Part shown: piece after piece, positions 12,501-27,300 of the stretch
Layout: the number at the start of each line of letters is the position of its first letter
Position numbering within the stretch: position 1 is the first letter of the stretch
Origin: Eledone cirrhosa
Taxonomy: Eukaryota
Assembly (NCBI GenBank): GCA_964016885.1
Contig: OZ024744.1
Coordinates: 21,514,001-21,578,000 of the forward strand
Reading direction: 5' to 3'
Length of the DNA: 64,000 nt
Notes under the pieces: generated by a model
Database searches by the model: none
The model's input: the letters and a program-made list of their open reading frames with translations, nothing else
What the model was told of the DNA's origin: nothing
Made by a program: the position numbers and the translations under genes

Positions 12501-15500
12501 GAGGTGACAGCCACAACAGCTATGACATCTTCAGACAGAAGAGGTGACAGCCACAACAGCTATGACATCTTCAGAGAGAAGAGGTGACAGGCACAACAGC
12601 TATGACATCTGCAGACAGAAGAGGTGGCAGACACAACAGCTATAACATCTTCAGACAGTTAGAAGAGGTGACAGGCACAACAGCTATTACATCTTCAGAC
12701 AGTTAGAAGAGGTGACAGGCACAACAGCTATGACATCTTCAGACAGTTAGAAGAGGTGACAGCCACAACAGCTATGACTTATTCAGACAGTTAAAAGAGG
12801 TGACATCCACAACAGCTATGACATCTTCAAACAGTTAAAAGAGGTGACAGGCACAACAGCTGTGACATCTTCAGACAGTTAGAAGAGGTGACAGGCACAA
12901 CGGCTATGCCATCTGAAGAGAGTTAGAAGAGGTGACAGGCACAACATCTATGACATCTTCAGACAGAAGATGTGACAGCCACAACAGCTGTGACATCTTC
13001 AGACAGTTAGAAGAGGTGACAGCAACAACAGCTATGACATCTTCAGACAGTTAGAAGAGGTGACATCCACAACAGCTATGACATCTTCAGACAGTTAAAG
13101 AGGTGACAGGCAGACAGCTGTGACATCTTCAGACAGTTAGAAGAGGTGACAGCCACAACAGCTATGACATCTTCAGACAGTTAGAAGAGGTGACAGGCAC
13201 AACAGCTATGACATGTTCAGAGAGAAGAGGTGACATCCACAACAGATATGACATCTTCAGACAGTTAGAAGAGGTGACAGGCACAACAGCTATGACATCT
13301 TCAGACAATGAGAAGAGGTGACAGCCACAACAGCTATGACATCTTCAGACTGTTAGAAGAGGTGACAGCCACAACAGCTATGACATCTTCAGACAGAAGA
13401 GGTAACAGCCACAACAGCTATGACATCTTCAGAGAGAAGAGGTGACAGGCACAACAGCTATGACATCTTCAGACAGAAGAGGTGACAGACACAAGAGCTA
13501 TAACATCTTCAGACAGTTAGAAGAGGTGACAGGAACAACAGCTATGCTATCTTCAGACAGTTAGAAGAGGTGACAGGCACAACAGCTATGACATCTTCAG
13601 ACAGTTAGAAGAGTTGACAGCCACAACAGCTATGACATCTTCAGACAGTGAGAAGAGGTGACAGCCACAACAGCTATGACATCTTCAGACTGTTAGAAGA
13701 GGTGACAGCCACAACAGCTATGACATCTTCAGACAGAAAAGGTGACAGCCACAACAGCTATGACATCTTCAGAGAGAAGAGGTGACAGGCACAACAGCTA
13801 TGACATCTTCAGACAGAAGAGGTGACAGACACAACAGCTATAACATCTTCAGACAGTTAGAAGAGGTGACAGGCACAACAGCTATGACATCTTCAGACTG
13901 TTAGAAGAGGTGACAGCCACAACAGCTATGAAATCTTCAGACAGAAGAGGTGACAGCCACAACAGCTATGACATCTTCAGAGAGAAGAGGTGACAGACAC
14001 AACAGCTATGACATCTTCAAACAGAAGAGGTGACAGACACAACGGCTAAAACATCTTCAGACAGTTCGAAGAGGTGACAGGCACAACAGCTCTGACATCT
14101 TCAGACAGTTAGAAGTGGTGACAGGCACAACAGCTATGACATCTTCAGACAGTTAGAAGAGGTGACAGCCACAACAGCTATGACATATTCAGACAAAAGA
14201 GGTGACAGGCACAACAGCTATGACATCTTCAGACAGTTAGAAGAGGTGACAGGCACAACATCTATGACATCTTCAGACAGAAGATGTGACAGCCACAACA
14301 GCTGTGACATCTTCAGACAGAAGAGGTGACAGACACAAGAGCTATAACATCTTCAGACAGTTAGAAGAGGTGACAGGAACAACAGCTATGATATCTTCAG
14401 ACAGTTAGAAGAGGTGACAGGCACAACAGCTATGACATCTTCAGACAGTTAGAAGAGGTGACAGCCACAACAGCTATGACATCTTCAGACAGTGAGAAGA
14501 GGTGACAGCCACAACAGCTATGACATCTTCAGACTGTTAGAAGAGGTGACAGCCACAACAGCTATGACATCTTCAGACAGAAAAGGTGACAGCCACAACA
14601 GCTATGACATCTTCAGACAGAAGAGGTGACAGCCACAACAGCTATGACATCTTCAGAGAGAAGAGGTGACAGACACAACAGCTATGACATATTCAGACAG
14701 AAGAGGTGACAGACACAACAGCTATAACATCTTCAGACAGTTAGAAGAGGTGACAGGCACAACAGCTCTGACATCTTCAGACAGTTAGAAGTGGTGACAG
14801 GCACAACAGCTATGAGATCTTCAGACAGAAGAGGTGACAGCCACAACAGCTATGACATCTTCAGACTGTTAAAAGAGGTGACAGGCAGACAGCTGTGACA
14901 TCTTCAGACAGTTAGAAGAGGTGACAGCCACAACAGCTATGACATCTTCAGACAGTTAGAAGAGGTGACAGGCACAACAGCTATGACATGTTCAGAGAGA
15001 AGAGGTGATAGGCACAACAGATATGACATCTTCAGACAGTTAGAAGAGGTGACAGGCACAACAGCTATGACATCTTCAGACAATGAGAAGAGGTGACAGC
15101 CACAACAGCTATGACATCTTCAGACTGTTAGAAGAGGTGACAGCCACAACAGCTATGACATCTTCAGACAGAAGAGGTAACAGCCACAACAGCTATGACA
15201 TCTTCAGAGAGAAGAGGTGACAGGCACAACAGCTATGACATCTTCAGACAGAAGAGGTGACAGACACAAGAGCTATAACATCTTCAGACAGTTAGAAGAG
15301 GTGACAGGAACAACAGCTATGATATCTTCAGACAGTTAGAAGAGGTGACAGGCACAACAGCTATGACATCTTCAGACAGTTAGAAGAGGTGACAGCCACA
15401 ACAGCTATGACATCTTCAGACAGTGAGAAGAGGTGACAGCCACAACAGCTATGACATCTTCAGACTGTTAGAAGAGGTGACAGCCACAACAGCTATGACA

Positions 15501-18500
15501 TCTTCAGACAGAAAAGGTGATAGCCACAACAGCTATGACATCTTCAGACAGAAGAGGTGACAGCCACAACAGCTATGACATCTTCAGAAAGAAGAGGTGA
15601 CAGACACAACAGCTATGACATATTCAGACAGAAGAGGTGACAGACACAACAGCTATAACATCTTCAGACAGTTAGAAGAGGTGACAGGCACAACAGCTCT
15701 GACATCTTCAGACAGTTAGAAGTGGTGACAGGCACAACAGCTATGAGATCTTCAGACAGAAGAGGTGACAGCCACAACAGCTATGACATTGTTACAGTTA
15801 GAAGAGGTGACAGCCACAACAGCTATGACATATTCAGACAGTTAGAAGAGGTGACAGCCACAACAGCTATGACATCTTCAGACAGTGAGAAGAGGTGACA
15901 GCCACAACAGCTATGACATCTTCAGACTGTTAGAAGAGGTGACAGCCACAACAGCTATGACATCTTCAGACAGAAGAGGTGACAGCCACAACAGCTATGA
16001 CATCTTCAGAGAGAAGAGGTGACAGGCACAACAGCTATGACATCTGCAGACAGAAGAGGTGGCAGACACAACAGCTATAACATCTTCAGACAGTTAGAAG
16101 AGGTGACAGGCACAACAGCTATGACATCTTCAGACAGTTAGAAGAGGTGACAGCCACAACAGCTATGACTTATTCAGACAGTTAAAAGAGGTGACATCCA
16201 CAACAGCTATGACATCTTCAAACAGTTAAAAGAGGTGACAGGCACAACAGCTGTGACATCTTCAGACAGTTAGAAGAGGTGACAGGCACAACGGCTATGC
16301 CATCTGAAGAGAGTTAGAAGAGGTGACAGGCACAACATCTATGACATCTTCAGACAGAAGATGTGACAGCCACAACAGCTGTGACATCTTCAGACAGTTA
16401 GAAGAGGTGACAGCAACAACAGCTATGACATCTTCAGACAGTTAGAAGAGGTGACATCCACAACAGCTATGACATCTTCAGACAGTTAAAGAGGTGACAG
16501 GCAGACAGCTGTGACATCTTCAGACAGTTAGAAGAGGTGACAGCCACAACAGCTATGACATCTTCAGACTGTTAGAAGAGGTGACAGCCACAACAGCTAT
16601 GACATCTTCAGACAGAAGAGGTAACAGCCACAACAGCTATGACATCTTCAGAGAGAAGAGGTGACAGGCACAACAGCTATGACACCTTCAGACAGAAGAG
16701 GTGACAGACACAAGAGCTATAACATCTTCAGACAGTTAGAAGAGGTGACAGGAACAACAGCTATGCTATCTTCAGACAGTTAGAAGAGGTGACAGGCACA
16801 ACAGCTATGACATCTTCAGACAGTTAGAAGAGTTGACAGCCACAACAGCTATGACATCTTCAGACAGTGAGAAGAGGTGACAGCCACAACAGCTATGACA
16901 TCTTCAGACTGTTAGAAGAGGTGACAGCCACAACAGCTATGACATCTTCAGACAGAAAAGGTGACAGCCACAACAGCTATGACATCTTCAGAGAGAAGAG
17001 GTGACAGGCACAACAGCTATGACATCTTCAGACAGAAGAGGTGACAGACACAACAGCTATAACATCTTCAGACAGTTAGAAGAGGTGACAGGCACAACAG
17101 CTATGACATCTTCAGACTGTTAGAAGAGGTGACAGCCACAACAGCTATGAAATCTTCAGACAGAAGAGGTGACAGCCACAACAGCTATGACATCTTCAGA
17201 GAGAAGAGGTGACAGACACAACAGCTATGACATCTTCAAACAGAAGAGGTGACAGACACAACGGCTAAAACATCTTCAGACAGTTCGAAGAGGTGACAGG
17301 CACAACAGCTCTGACATCTTCAGACAGTTAGAAGTGGTGACAGGCACAACAGCTATGACATCTTCAGACAGTTAGAAGAGGTGACAGCCACAACAGCTAT
17401 GACATATTCAGACAAAAGAGGTGACAGGCACAACAGCTATGACATCTTCAGACAGTTAGAAGAGGTGACAGGCACAACATCTATGACATCTTCAGACAGA
17501 AGATGTGACAGCCACAACAGCTGTGACATCTTCAGACAGAAGAGGTGACAGACACAAGAGCTATAACATCTTCAGACAGTTAGAAGAGGTGACAGGAACA
17601 ACAGCTATGATATCTTCAGACAGTTAGAAGAGGTGACAGGCACAACAGCTATGACATCTTCAGACAGTTAGAAGAGGTGACAGCCACAACAGCTATGACA
17701 TCTTCAGACAGTGAGAAGAGGTGACAGCCACAACAGCTATGACATCTTCAGACTGTTAGAAGAGGTGACAGCCACAACAGCTATGACATCTTCAGACAGA
17801 AAAGGTGACAGCCACAACAGCTATGACATCTTCAGACAGAAGAGGTGACAGCCACAACAGCTATGACATCTTCAGAGAGAAGAGGTGACAGACACAACAG
17901 CTATGACATATTCAGACAGAAGAGGTGACAGACACAACAGCTATAACATCTTCAGACAGTTAGAAGAGGTGACAGGCACAACAGCTCTGACATCTTCAGA
18001 CAGTTAGAAGTGGTGACAGGCACAACAGCTATGAGATCTTCAGACAGAAGAGGTGACAGCCACAACAGCTATGACATCTTCAGACTGTTAAAAGAGGTGA
18101 CAGGCAGACAGCTGTGACATCTTCAGACAGTTAGAAGAGGTGACAGCCACAACAGCTATGACATCTTCAGACAGTTAGAAGAGGTGACAGGCACAACAGC
18201 TATGACATGTTCAGAGAGAAGAGGTGATAGGCACAACAGATATGACATCTTCAGACAGTTAGAAGAGGTGACAGGCACAACAGCTATGACATCTTCAGAC
18301 AATGAGAAGAGGTGACAGCCACAACAGCTATGACATCTTCAGACTGTTAGAAGAGGTGACAGCCACAACAGCTATGACATCTTCAGACAGAAGAGGTAAC
18401 AGCCACAACAGCTATGACATCTTCAGAGAGAAGAGGTGACAGGCACAACAGCTATGACATCTTCAGACAGAAGAGGTGACAGACACAAGAGCTATAACAT

Positions 18501-21500
18501 CTTCAGACAGTTAGAAGAGGTGACAGGAACAACAGCTATGATATCTTCAGACAGTTAGAAGAGGTGACAGGCACAACAGCTATGACATCTTCAGACAGTT
18601 AGAAGAGGTGACAGCCACAACAGCTATGACATCTTCAGACAGTGAGAAGAGGTGACAGCCACAACAGCTATGACATCTTCAGACTGTTAGAAGAGGTGAC
18701 AGCCACAACAGCTATGACATCTTCAGACAGAAAAGGTGATAGCCACAACAGCTATGACATCTTCAGACAGAAGAGGTGACAGCCACAACAGCTATGACAT
18801 CTTCAGAAAGAAGAGGTGACAGACACAACAGCTATGACATATTCAGACAGAAGAGGTGACAGACACAACAGCTATAACATCTTCAGACAGTTAGAAGAGG
18901 TGACAGGCACAACAGCTCTGACATCTTCAGACAGTTAGAAGTGGTGACAGGCACAACAGCTATGAGATCTTCAGACAGAAGAGGTGACAGCCACAACAGC
19001 TATGACATTGTTACAGTTAGAAGAGGTGACAGCCACAACAGCTATGACATATTCAGACAGTTAGAAGAGGTGACAGCCACAACAGCTATGACATCTTCAG
19101 ACAGTGAGAAGAGGTGACAGCCACAACAGCTATGACATCTTCAGACTGTTAGAAGAGGTGACAGCCACAACAGCTATGACATCTTCAGACAGAAGAGGTG
19201 ACAGCCACAACAGCTATGACATCTTCAGAGAGAAGAGGTGACAGGCACAACAGCTATGACATCTGCAGACAGAAGAGGTGGCAGACACAACAGCTATAAC
19301 ATCTTCAGACAGTTAGAAGAGGTGACAGGCACAACAGCTATTACATCTTCAGACAGTTAGAAGAGGTGACAGGCACAACAGCTATGACATCTTCAGACAG
19401 TTAGAAGAGGTGACAGCCACAACAGCTATGACTTATTCAGACAGTTAAAAGAGGTGACATCCACAACAGCTATGACATCTTCAAACAGTTAAAAGAGGTG
19501 ACAGGCACAACAGCTGTGACATCTTCAGACAGTTAGAAGAGGTGACAGGCACAACGGCTATGCCATCTGAAGAGAGTTAGAAGAGGTGACAGGCACAACA
19601 TCTATGACATCTTCAGACAGAAGATGTGACAGCCACAACAGCTGTGACATCTTCAGACAGTTAGAAGAGGTGACAGCAACAACAGCTATGACATCTTCAG
19701 ACAGTTAGAAGAGGTGACATCCACAACAGCTATGACATCTTCAGACAGTTAAAGAGGTGACAGGCAGACAGCTGTGACATCTTCAGACAGTTAGAAGAGG
19801 TGACAGCCACAACAGCTATGACATCTTCAGACAGTTAGAAGAGGTGACAGGCACAACAGCTATGACATGTTCAGAGAGAAGAGGTGACATCCACAACAGA
19901 TAAGACATCTTCAGACAGTTAGAAGAGGTGACAGGCACAACAGCTATGACATCTTCAGACAATGAGAAGAGGTGACAGCCACAACAGCTATGACATCTTC
20001 AGACTGTTAGAAGAGGTGACAGCCACAACAGCTATGACATCTTCAGACAGAAGAGGTAACAGCCACAACAGCTATGACATCTTCAGAGAGAAGAGGTGAC
20101 AGGCACAACAGCTATGACATCTTCAGACAGAAGAGGTGACAGACACAAGAGCTATAACATCTTCAGACAGTTAGAAGAGGTGACAGGAACAACAGCTATG
20201 CTATCTTCAGACAGTTAGAAGAGGTGACAGGCACAACAGCTATGACATCTTCAGACAGTTAGAAGAGTTGACAGCCACAACAGCTATGACATCTTCAGAC
20301 AGTGAGAAGAGGTGACAGCCACAACAGCTATGACATCTTCAGACTGTTAGAAGAGGTGACAGCCACAACAGCTATGACATCTTCAGACAGAAAAGGTGAC
20401 AGCCACAACAGCTATGACATCTTCAGAGAGAAGAGGTGACAGGCACAACAGCTATGACATCTTCAGACAGAAGAGGTGACAGACACAACAGCTATAACAT
20501 CTTCAGACAGTTAGAAGAGGTGACAGGCACAACAGCTATGACATCTTCAGACTGTTAGAAGAGGTGACAGCCACAACAGCTATGAAATCTTCAGACAGAA
20601 GAGGTGACAGCCACAACAGCTATGACATCTTCAGAGAGAAGAGGTGACAGACACAACAGCTATGACATCTTCAAACAGAAGAGGTGACAGACACAACGGC
20701 TAAAACATCTTCAGACAGTTCGAAGAGGTGACAGGCACAACAGCTCTGACATCTTCAGACAGTTAGAAGTGGTGACAGGCACAACAGCTATGACATCTTC
20801 AGACAGTTAGAAGAGGTGACAGCCACAACAGCTATGACATATTCAGACAAAAGAGGTGACAGGCACAACAGCTATGACATCTTCAGACAGTTAGAAGAGG
20901 TGACAGGCACAACATCTATGACATCTTCAGACAGAAGATGTGACAGCCACAACAGCTGTGACATCTTCAGACAGTTAGAAGAGGTGACAGCAACAACAGC
21001 TATGACATCTTCAGACAGTTAGAAGAGGTGACATCCACAACAGCTATGACATCTTCAGACAGTTAAAGAGGTGACAGGCAGACAGCTGTGACATCTTCAG
21101 ACAGTTAGAAGAGGTGACAGCCACAACAGCTATGACATCTTCAGACAGTTAGAAGAGGTGACAGGCACAACAGCTATGACATGTTCAGAGAGAAGAGGTG
21201 ATAGGCACAACAGATATGACATCTTCAGACAGTTAGAAGAGGTGACAGGCACAACAGCTATGACATCTTCAGACAATGAGAAGAGGTGACAGCCACAACA
21301 GCTATGACATCTTCAGACTGTTAGAAGAGGTGACAGCCACAACAGCTATGACATCTTCAGACAGAAGAGGTAACAGCCACAACAGCTATGACATCTTCAG
21401 AGAGAAGAGGTGACAGGCACAACAGCTATGACATCTTCAGACAGAAGAGGTGACAGACACAAGAGCTATAACATCTTCAGACAGTTAGAAGAGGTGACAG

Positions 21501-24300
21501 GAACAACAGCTATGATATCTTCAGACAGTTAGAAGAGGTGACAGGCACAACAGCTATGACATCTTCAGACAGTTAGAAGAGGTGACAGCCACAACAGCTA
21601 TGACATCTTCAGACAGTGAGAAGAGGTGACAGCCACAACAGCTATGACATCTTCAGACTGTTAGAAGAGGTGACAGCCACAACAGCTATGACATCTTCAG
21701 ACAGAAAAGGTGACAGCCACAACAGCTATGACATCTTCAGACAGAAGAGGTGACAGCCACAACAGCTATGACATCTTCAGAGAGAAGAGGTGACAGACAC
21801 AACAGCTATGACATATTCAGACAGAAGAGGTGACAGACACAACAGCTATAACATCTTCAGACAGTTAGAAGAGGTGACAGGCACAACAGCTCTGACATCT
21901 TCAGACAGTTAGAAGTGGTGACAGGCACAACAGCTATGAGATCTTCAGACAGAAGAGGTGACAGCCACAACAGCTATGACATTGTTACAGTTAGAAGAGG
22001 TGACAGCCACAACAGCTATGACATATTCAGACAGTTAGAAGAGGTGACAGCCACAACAGCTATGACATCTTCAGACAGTGAGAAGAGGTGACAGCCACAA
22101 CAGCTATGACATCTTCAGACTGTTAGAAGAGGTGACAGCCACAACAGCTATGACATCTTCAGACAGAAGAGGTGACAGCCACAACAGCTATGACATCTTC
22201 AGAGAGAAGAGGTGACAGGCACAACAGCTATGACATCTGCAGACAGAAGAGGTGGCAGACACAACAGCTATAACATCTTCAGACAGTTAGAAGAGGTGAC
22301 AGGCACAACAGCTATGACATCTTCTGACAGTTAGAAGAGGTGACAGGCACAACAGCTATGACATCTTCAGACAGTTAGAAGAGGTGACAGCCACAACAGC
22401 TATGACTTATTCAGACAGTTAAAAGAGGTGACATCCACAACAGCTATGACATCTTCAAACAGTTAAAAGAGGTGACAGGCACAACAGCTGTGACATCTTC
22501 AGACAGTTAGAAGAGGTGACAGGCACAACGGCTATGCCATCTGAAGAGAGTTAGAAGAGGTGACAGGCACAACATCTATGACATCTTCAGACAGAAGATG
22601 TGACAGCCACAACAGCTGTGACATCTTCAGACAGTTAGAAGAGGTGACAGCAACAACAGCTATGACATCTTCAGACAGTTAGAAGAGGTGACATCCACAA
22701 CAGCTATGACATCTTCAGACAGTTAAAGAGGTGACAGGCAGACAGCTGTGACATCTTCAGACAGTTAGAAGAGGTGACAGCCACAACAGCTATGACATCT
22801 TCAGACAGTTAGAAGAGGTGACAGGCACAACAGCTATGACATGTTCAGAGAGAAGAGGTGATAGGCACAACAGATATGACATCTTCAGACAGTTAGAAGA
22901 GGTGACAGGCACAACAGCTATGACATCTTCAGACAATGAGAAGAGGTGACAGCCACAACAGCTATGACATCTTCAGACTGTTAGAAGAGGTGACAGCCAC
23001 AACAGCTATGATATCTTCAGACAGAAGAGGTAACAGCCACAACAGCTATGACATCTTCAGAGAGAAGAGGTGACAGGCACAACAGCTATGACATCTTCAG
23101 ACAGAAGAGGTGACAGACACAAGAGCTATAACATCTTCAGACAGTTAGAAGAGGTGACAGGAACAACAGCTATGCTATCTTCAGACAGTTAGAAGAGGTG
23201 ACAGGCACAACAGCTATGACATCTTCAGACAGTTAGAAGAGTTGACAGCCACAACAGCTATGACATCTTCAGACAGTGAGAAGAGGTGACAGCCACAACA
23301 GCTATGACATCTTCAGACTGTTAGAAGAGGTGACAGCCACAACAGCTATGACATCTTCAGACAGAAAAGGTGACAGCCACAACAGCTATGACATCTTCAG
23401 AGAGAAGAGGTGACAGGCACAACAGCTATGACATCTTCAGACAGAAGAGGTGACAGACACAACAGCTATAACATCTTCAGACAGTTAGAAGAGGTGACAG
23501 GCACAACAGCTATGACATCTTCAGACAGTTAGAAGAGGTGACAGGCACAACAGCTATGACATCTTCAGACAGTTAGAAGAGGTGACATCCACAACAGCTA
23601 TGACTTATTCAGACAGTTAAAAGAGGTGACATCCACAAAAGCTATGACATCTTCAGACAGTTAAAAGAGGTGACAGGCACAACAGCTGTGACATCTTCAG
23701 ACAGTTAGAAGAGGTGACAGGCACAACGGCTATGCCATCTGAAGAGAGTTAGAAGAGGTGACAGGCACAACAGCTATGATATCTTCAGAGAGAAGAGGTG
23801 ACAGGCACAACAGCTATGATATCTTCAGACAGTTAGAAGAGGTGACAGGCACAACAGCTATGACATCTTCAGACAGTGAGAGGAGGTGGCAGCCACAACA
23901 GCTATGACATCTTCAGACTGTTAGAAGAGGTGACAGCCACAACAGCTATGAAATCTTCAGACAGAAGAGGTGACAGCCACAACAGCTATGACATCTTCAG
24001 AGAGAAGAGGTGACAGACACAACAGCTATGACATCTTCAAACAGAAGAGGTGACAGACACAACGGCAAAAACATCTTCAGACAGTTCGAAGAGGTGACAG
24101 GCACAACAGCTCTGACATCTTCAGACAGTTAGAAGTGGTGACAGGCACAACAGCTATGACATCTTCAGACAGTTAGAAGAGGTGACAGCCACAACAGCTA
24201 TGACATATTCAGACAAAAGAGGTGACAGGCACAACAGCTATGACATCTTCAGACAGTTAGAAGAGGTGACAGGCACAACAGCTATGACATCTTCAGACAG
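3600..24300. repeat. Satellite sub-domain B: irregular higher-order repeats of about 2.7-3.4 kb with private variants (boundaries approximate)
   Basis: Markers seen only here include CTGCAG (4823, 6439, 7493, 9241, 12609, 16044, 19263, 22237), the 42-mer ACATTGTTACAG, the 43-mer GGCAGACAGCTGTG and GACACAAGAGCTATA. Identical pseudo-ORFs at 6111 and 8913 are offset by 2802. Confidence 0.8.
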
Positions 24301-24399
24301 TTAGAAGAGGTGACAGCCACAACAGCTATGACATCTTCAGACAGTTAAAAGAGGTGACAGGCACAACAGCTGTGACATCTTCAGACAGTGAGAAGAGGT

Positions 24400-27300
24400 G
24401 ACAGCCACAACAGCTATGACATCTTTAGACAGTTAGAAGTGGTGACAGTATCAACAGCTATGACATCTTCAGACAGTTAGAAGAGGTGACAGGCACAACA
24501 GCTTTGACATCTTCATACAGTTAGATGAGGTAACAGCAACAACAGCTATGAGATCTTCAGACAGAAGAGGTGACAGACACAACAGCTATGACATCTTCAG
24601 ACAGAAGAGGTGACAGGCCCAACAGCTATGAGATCTTCAGACAGAAGAGGTGACAGCCACAACAGCTATGACATATTCAGACAGAAGAGGTGACAGGCAC
24701 AAAAGCTATGATATCTTTACACAGTTAGAAGAGGTGACAGCCACAACAGCTATGACATATTCAGACAGTTAGAAGAGGTGACAGCCACAACAGCTATGAC
24801 ATCTTCAGACAGTTAGAAGAGGTGACAGCCACAACAGCTATGACATCTTCAGACAGTTATAAGATGTGACAGCCACAACAGCTATGACATCTTCAGAGAG
24901 AAGAGGTGACAGGCACAACAGCTATGACATCTTCAGACAGTTAGAAGAGGTGACAGGCACAACAGCTATGAGATCTTCAGACAAAAGAGGTGACAGCCAC
25001 AACAGCTATGACATCTTTACAGTTAGAAGAGGTGACAGCCACAACAGCTATGACATATTCAGACAGTTAGAAGAGGTGACAGCCACAACACTATGACATC
25101 TTCAGACAGTGAGAAGAGGTGACAGCCACAACAGCTATGACATCTTCAGACTGTTAGAAGAGGTGACAGCCACAACAGCTATGACATCTTCAGACAGAAG
25201 AGGTGACAGCCACAACAGCTATGACATCTTCAGAGAGAAGAGGTGACAGGCACAACAGCTATGACATCTTCAGACAGAAGAGCTGACAGACACAACAGCT
25301 ATAACATCTTCAGACAGTTAGAAGAGGTGAAAGGCACAACAGCTATGGCATCTTCAGACAGTTAGAAGAGGTGACAGGCACAACAGCTATGACATCTTCA
25401 GACAGTTAGAAGAGGTGACAGCCACAACAGCTATGACTTATTCAGACAGTTAGAAGAGGTGACATCCACAACAGCTATGACATCTTCAGACAGTTAAAAG
25501 AGGTGACAGGCACAACAGCTGTGACATCTTCAGACAGTTAGAAGAGGTGACAGGCACAACAGCTATGACATGTTCAGAGAGACGAGGTGATAGGCACAAC
25601 AGATATGACATCTTCAGACAGTTAGAAGAGGTGACAGGCACAACGGCTATGCCATCTGAAGAGAGTTAGAAGAGGTGACAGGCACAACAGCTATGACATC
25701 TTCAGACAGAAGAGGTGACAGCCACAACAGCTATGACATCTTCAGACAGTTAGAAGAGGTGACAGCAACAACAGCTATGACATCTTCAGACAGTTAGAAG
25801 AGGTGACATCCACAACAGCTATGACATCTTCAGACAGTTAAAGAGGTGACAGGCACAACAGCTGTGACATCTTCAGACAGTTAGAAGAGGTGACAGCCAC
25901 AACAGCTATGACATCTTCAGACAGTTAGAAGAGGTGACAGGCACAACAGCTATGACATGTTCAGAGAGAAGAGGTGATAGGCACAACAGATATGACATCT
26001 TCAGACAGTTAGAAGAGGTGACAGGCACGACAGCTATGACATCTTCAGACAATGAGAAGAGGTGACAGCCACAACAGCTATGACATCTTCAGGCTGTTAG
26101 AAGATGTGACAGCCACAAGAGCTATGACATCTTCAGACAGAAGAGGTAACAGCCACAACAGCTATGACATCTTCAGAGAGAAGAGGTGACAGGCACAACA
26201 GCTATGACATCTTCAGACAGAAGAGGTGACAGACACAACAGCTATAACATCTTCAGACAGTTAGAAGAGGTGACAGGAACAACAGCTATGATATCTTCAG
26301 ACAGTTAGAAGAGGTGACAGGCACAACAGCTATGACATCTTCAGACAGTTAGAAGAGGTGACAGGCACAACAGCTATGACATCTTCAGACAGTTAGAAGA
26401 GGTGACAGCAACAACAGCTATGACATCTTCAGACAGAAGAGGTGACAGCCACAACAGCTATGACATCTTCAGACAGTTAGAAGAGGTGACAGGCACAACA
26501 GCTATGACATCTTTAGACAGTTAGAAGAGGTGACAGCCACAACAGCTATGACATATTCAGACAGTTAGAAGAGGTGACAGTCACAACAGCTATGACATCT
26601 TCAGACAGTTAGAAGAGGTGACAGCCACAACAGCTATGACATCTTTAGACAGTTAGAAGAGGTGACAGGAACAACAGCTATGACATCTTCAGACAGTTAG
26701 AAGAGGTGACAGGCACAACAGCTATGACATCTTCAGACAGTTAGAAGAGGTGACAGCCACAACAGCTATGACATCTTCAGACAGAAGAGGTGACAGGCAC
26801 AACAGCTATGACATATTCTGTCAGTTAGAAGAGGTGACAGCAACAACAGCTATGACATCTTCAGACAGTTAGAAGAGGTGACAGGCACAGCAGCTATGAC
26901 ATCTTTAGACATTTAGAAGAGGTGACAGCCACAACAGCTATGACATCTTCAGACAGTTAGAAGAGGTGACAGGCACAACAGCTATGATATCTTCAGAGAG
27001 AAGAGGTGACAGGCACAACAGCTATGACATCTTCAGACAGTTAGAAGAGGTGACAGGCACAACAGCTATGACATCTTCAGACAGTGAGAGGAGGTGACAG
27101 CCACAACAGCTATGACATCTTCAGACTGTTAGAAGAGGTGACAGCCACAACAGCTATGAAATCTTCAGACAGAAGTGGTGACAGCCACAACAGCTATGAC
27201 ATCTTCAGAGAGAAGGGGTGACAGACACAACAGCTATGACATCTTCAAACAGAAGAGATGACAGACACAACGGCTAAAACATCTTCAGACAGTTCGAAGA

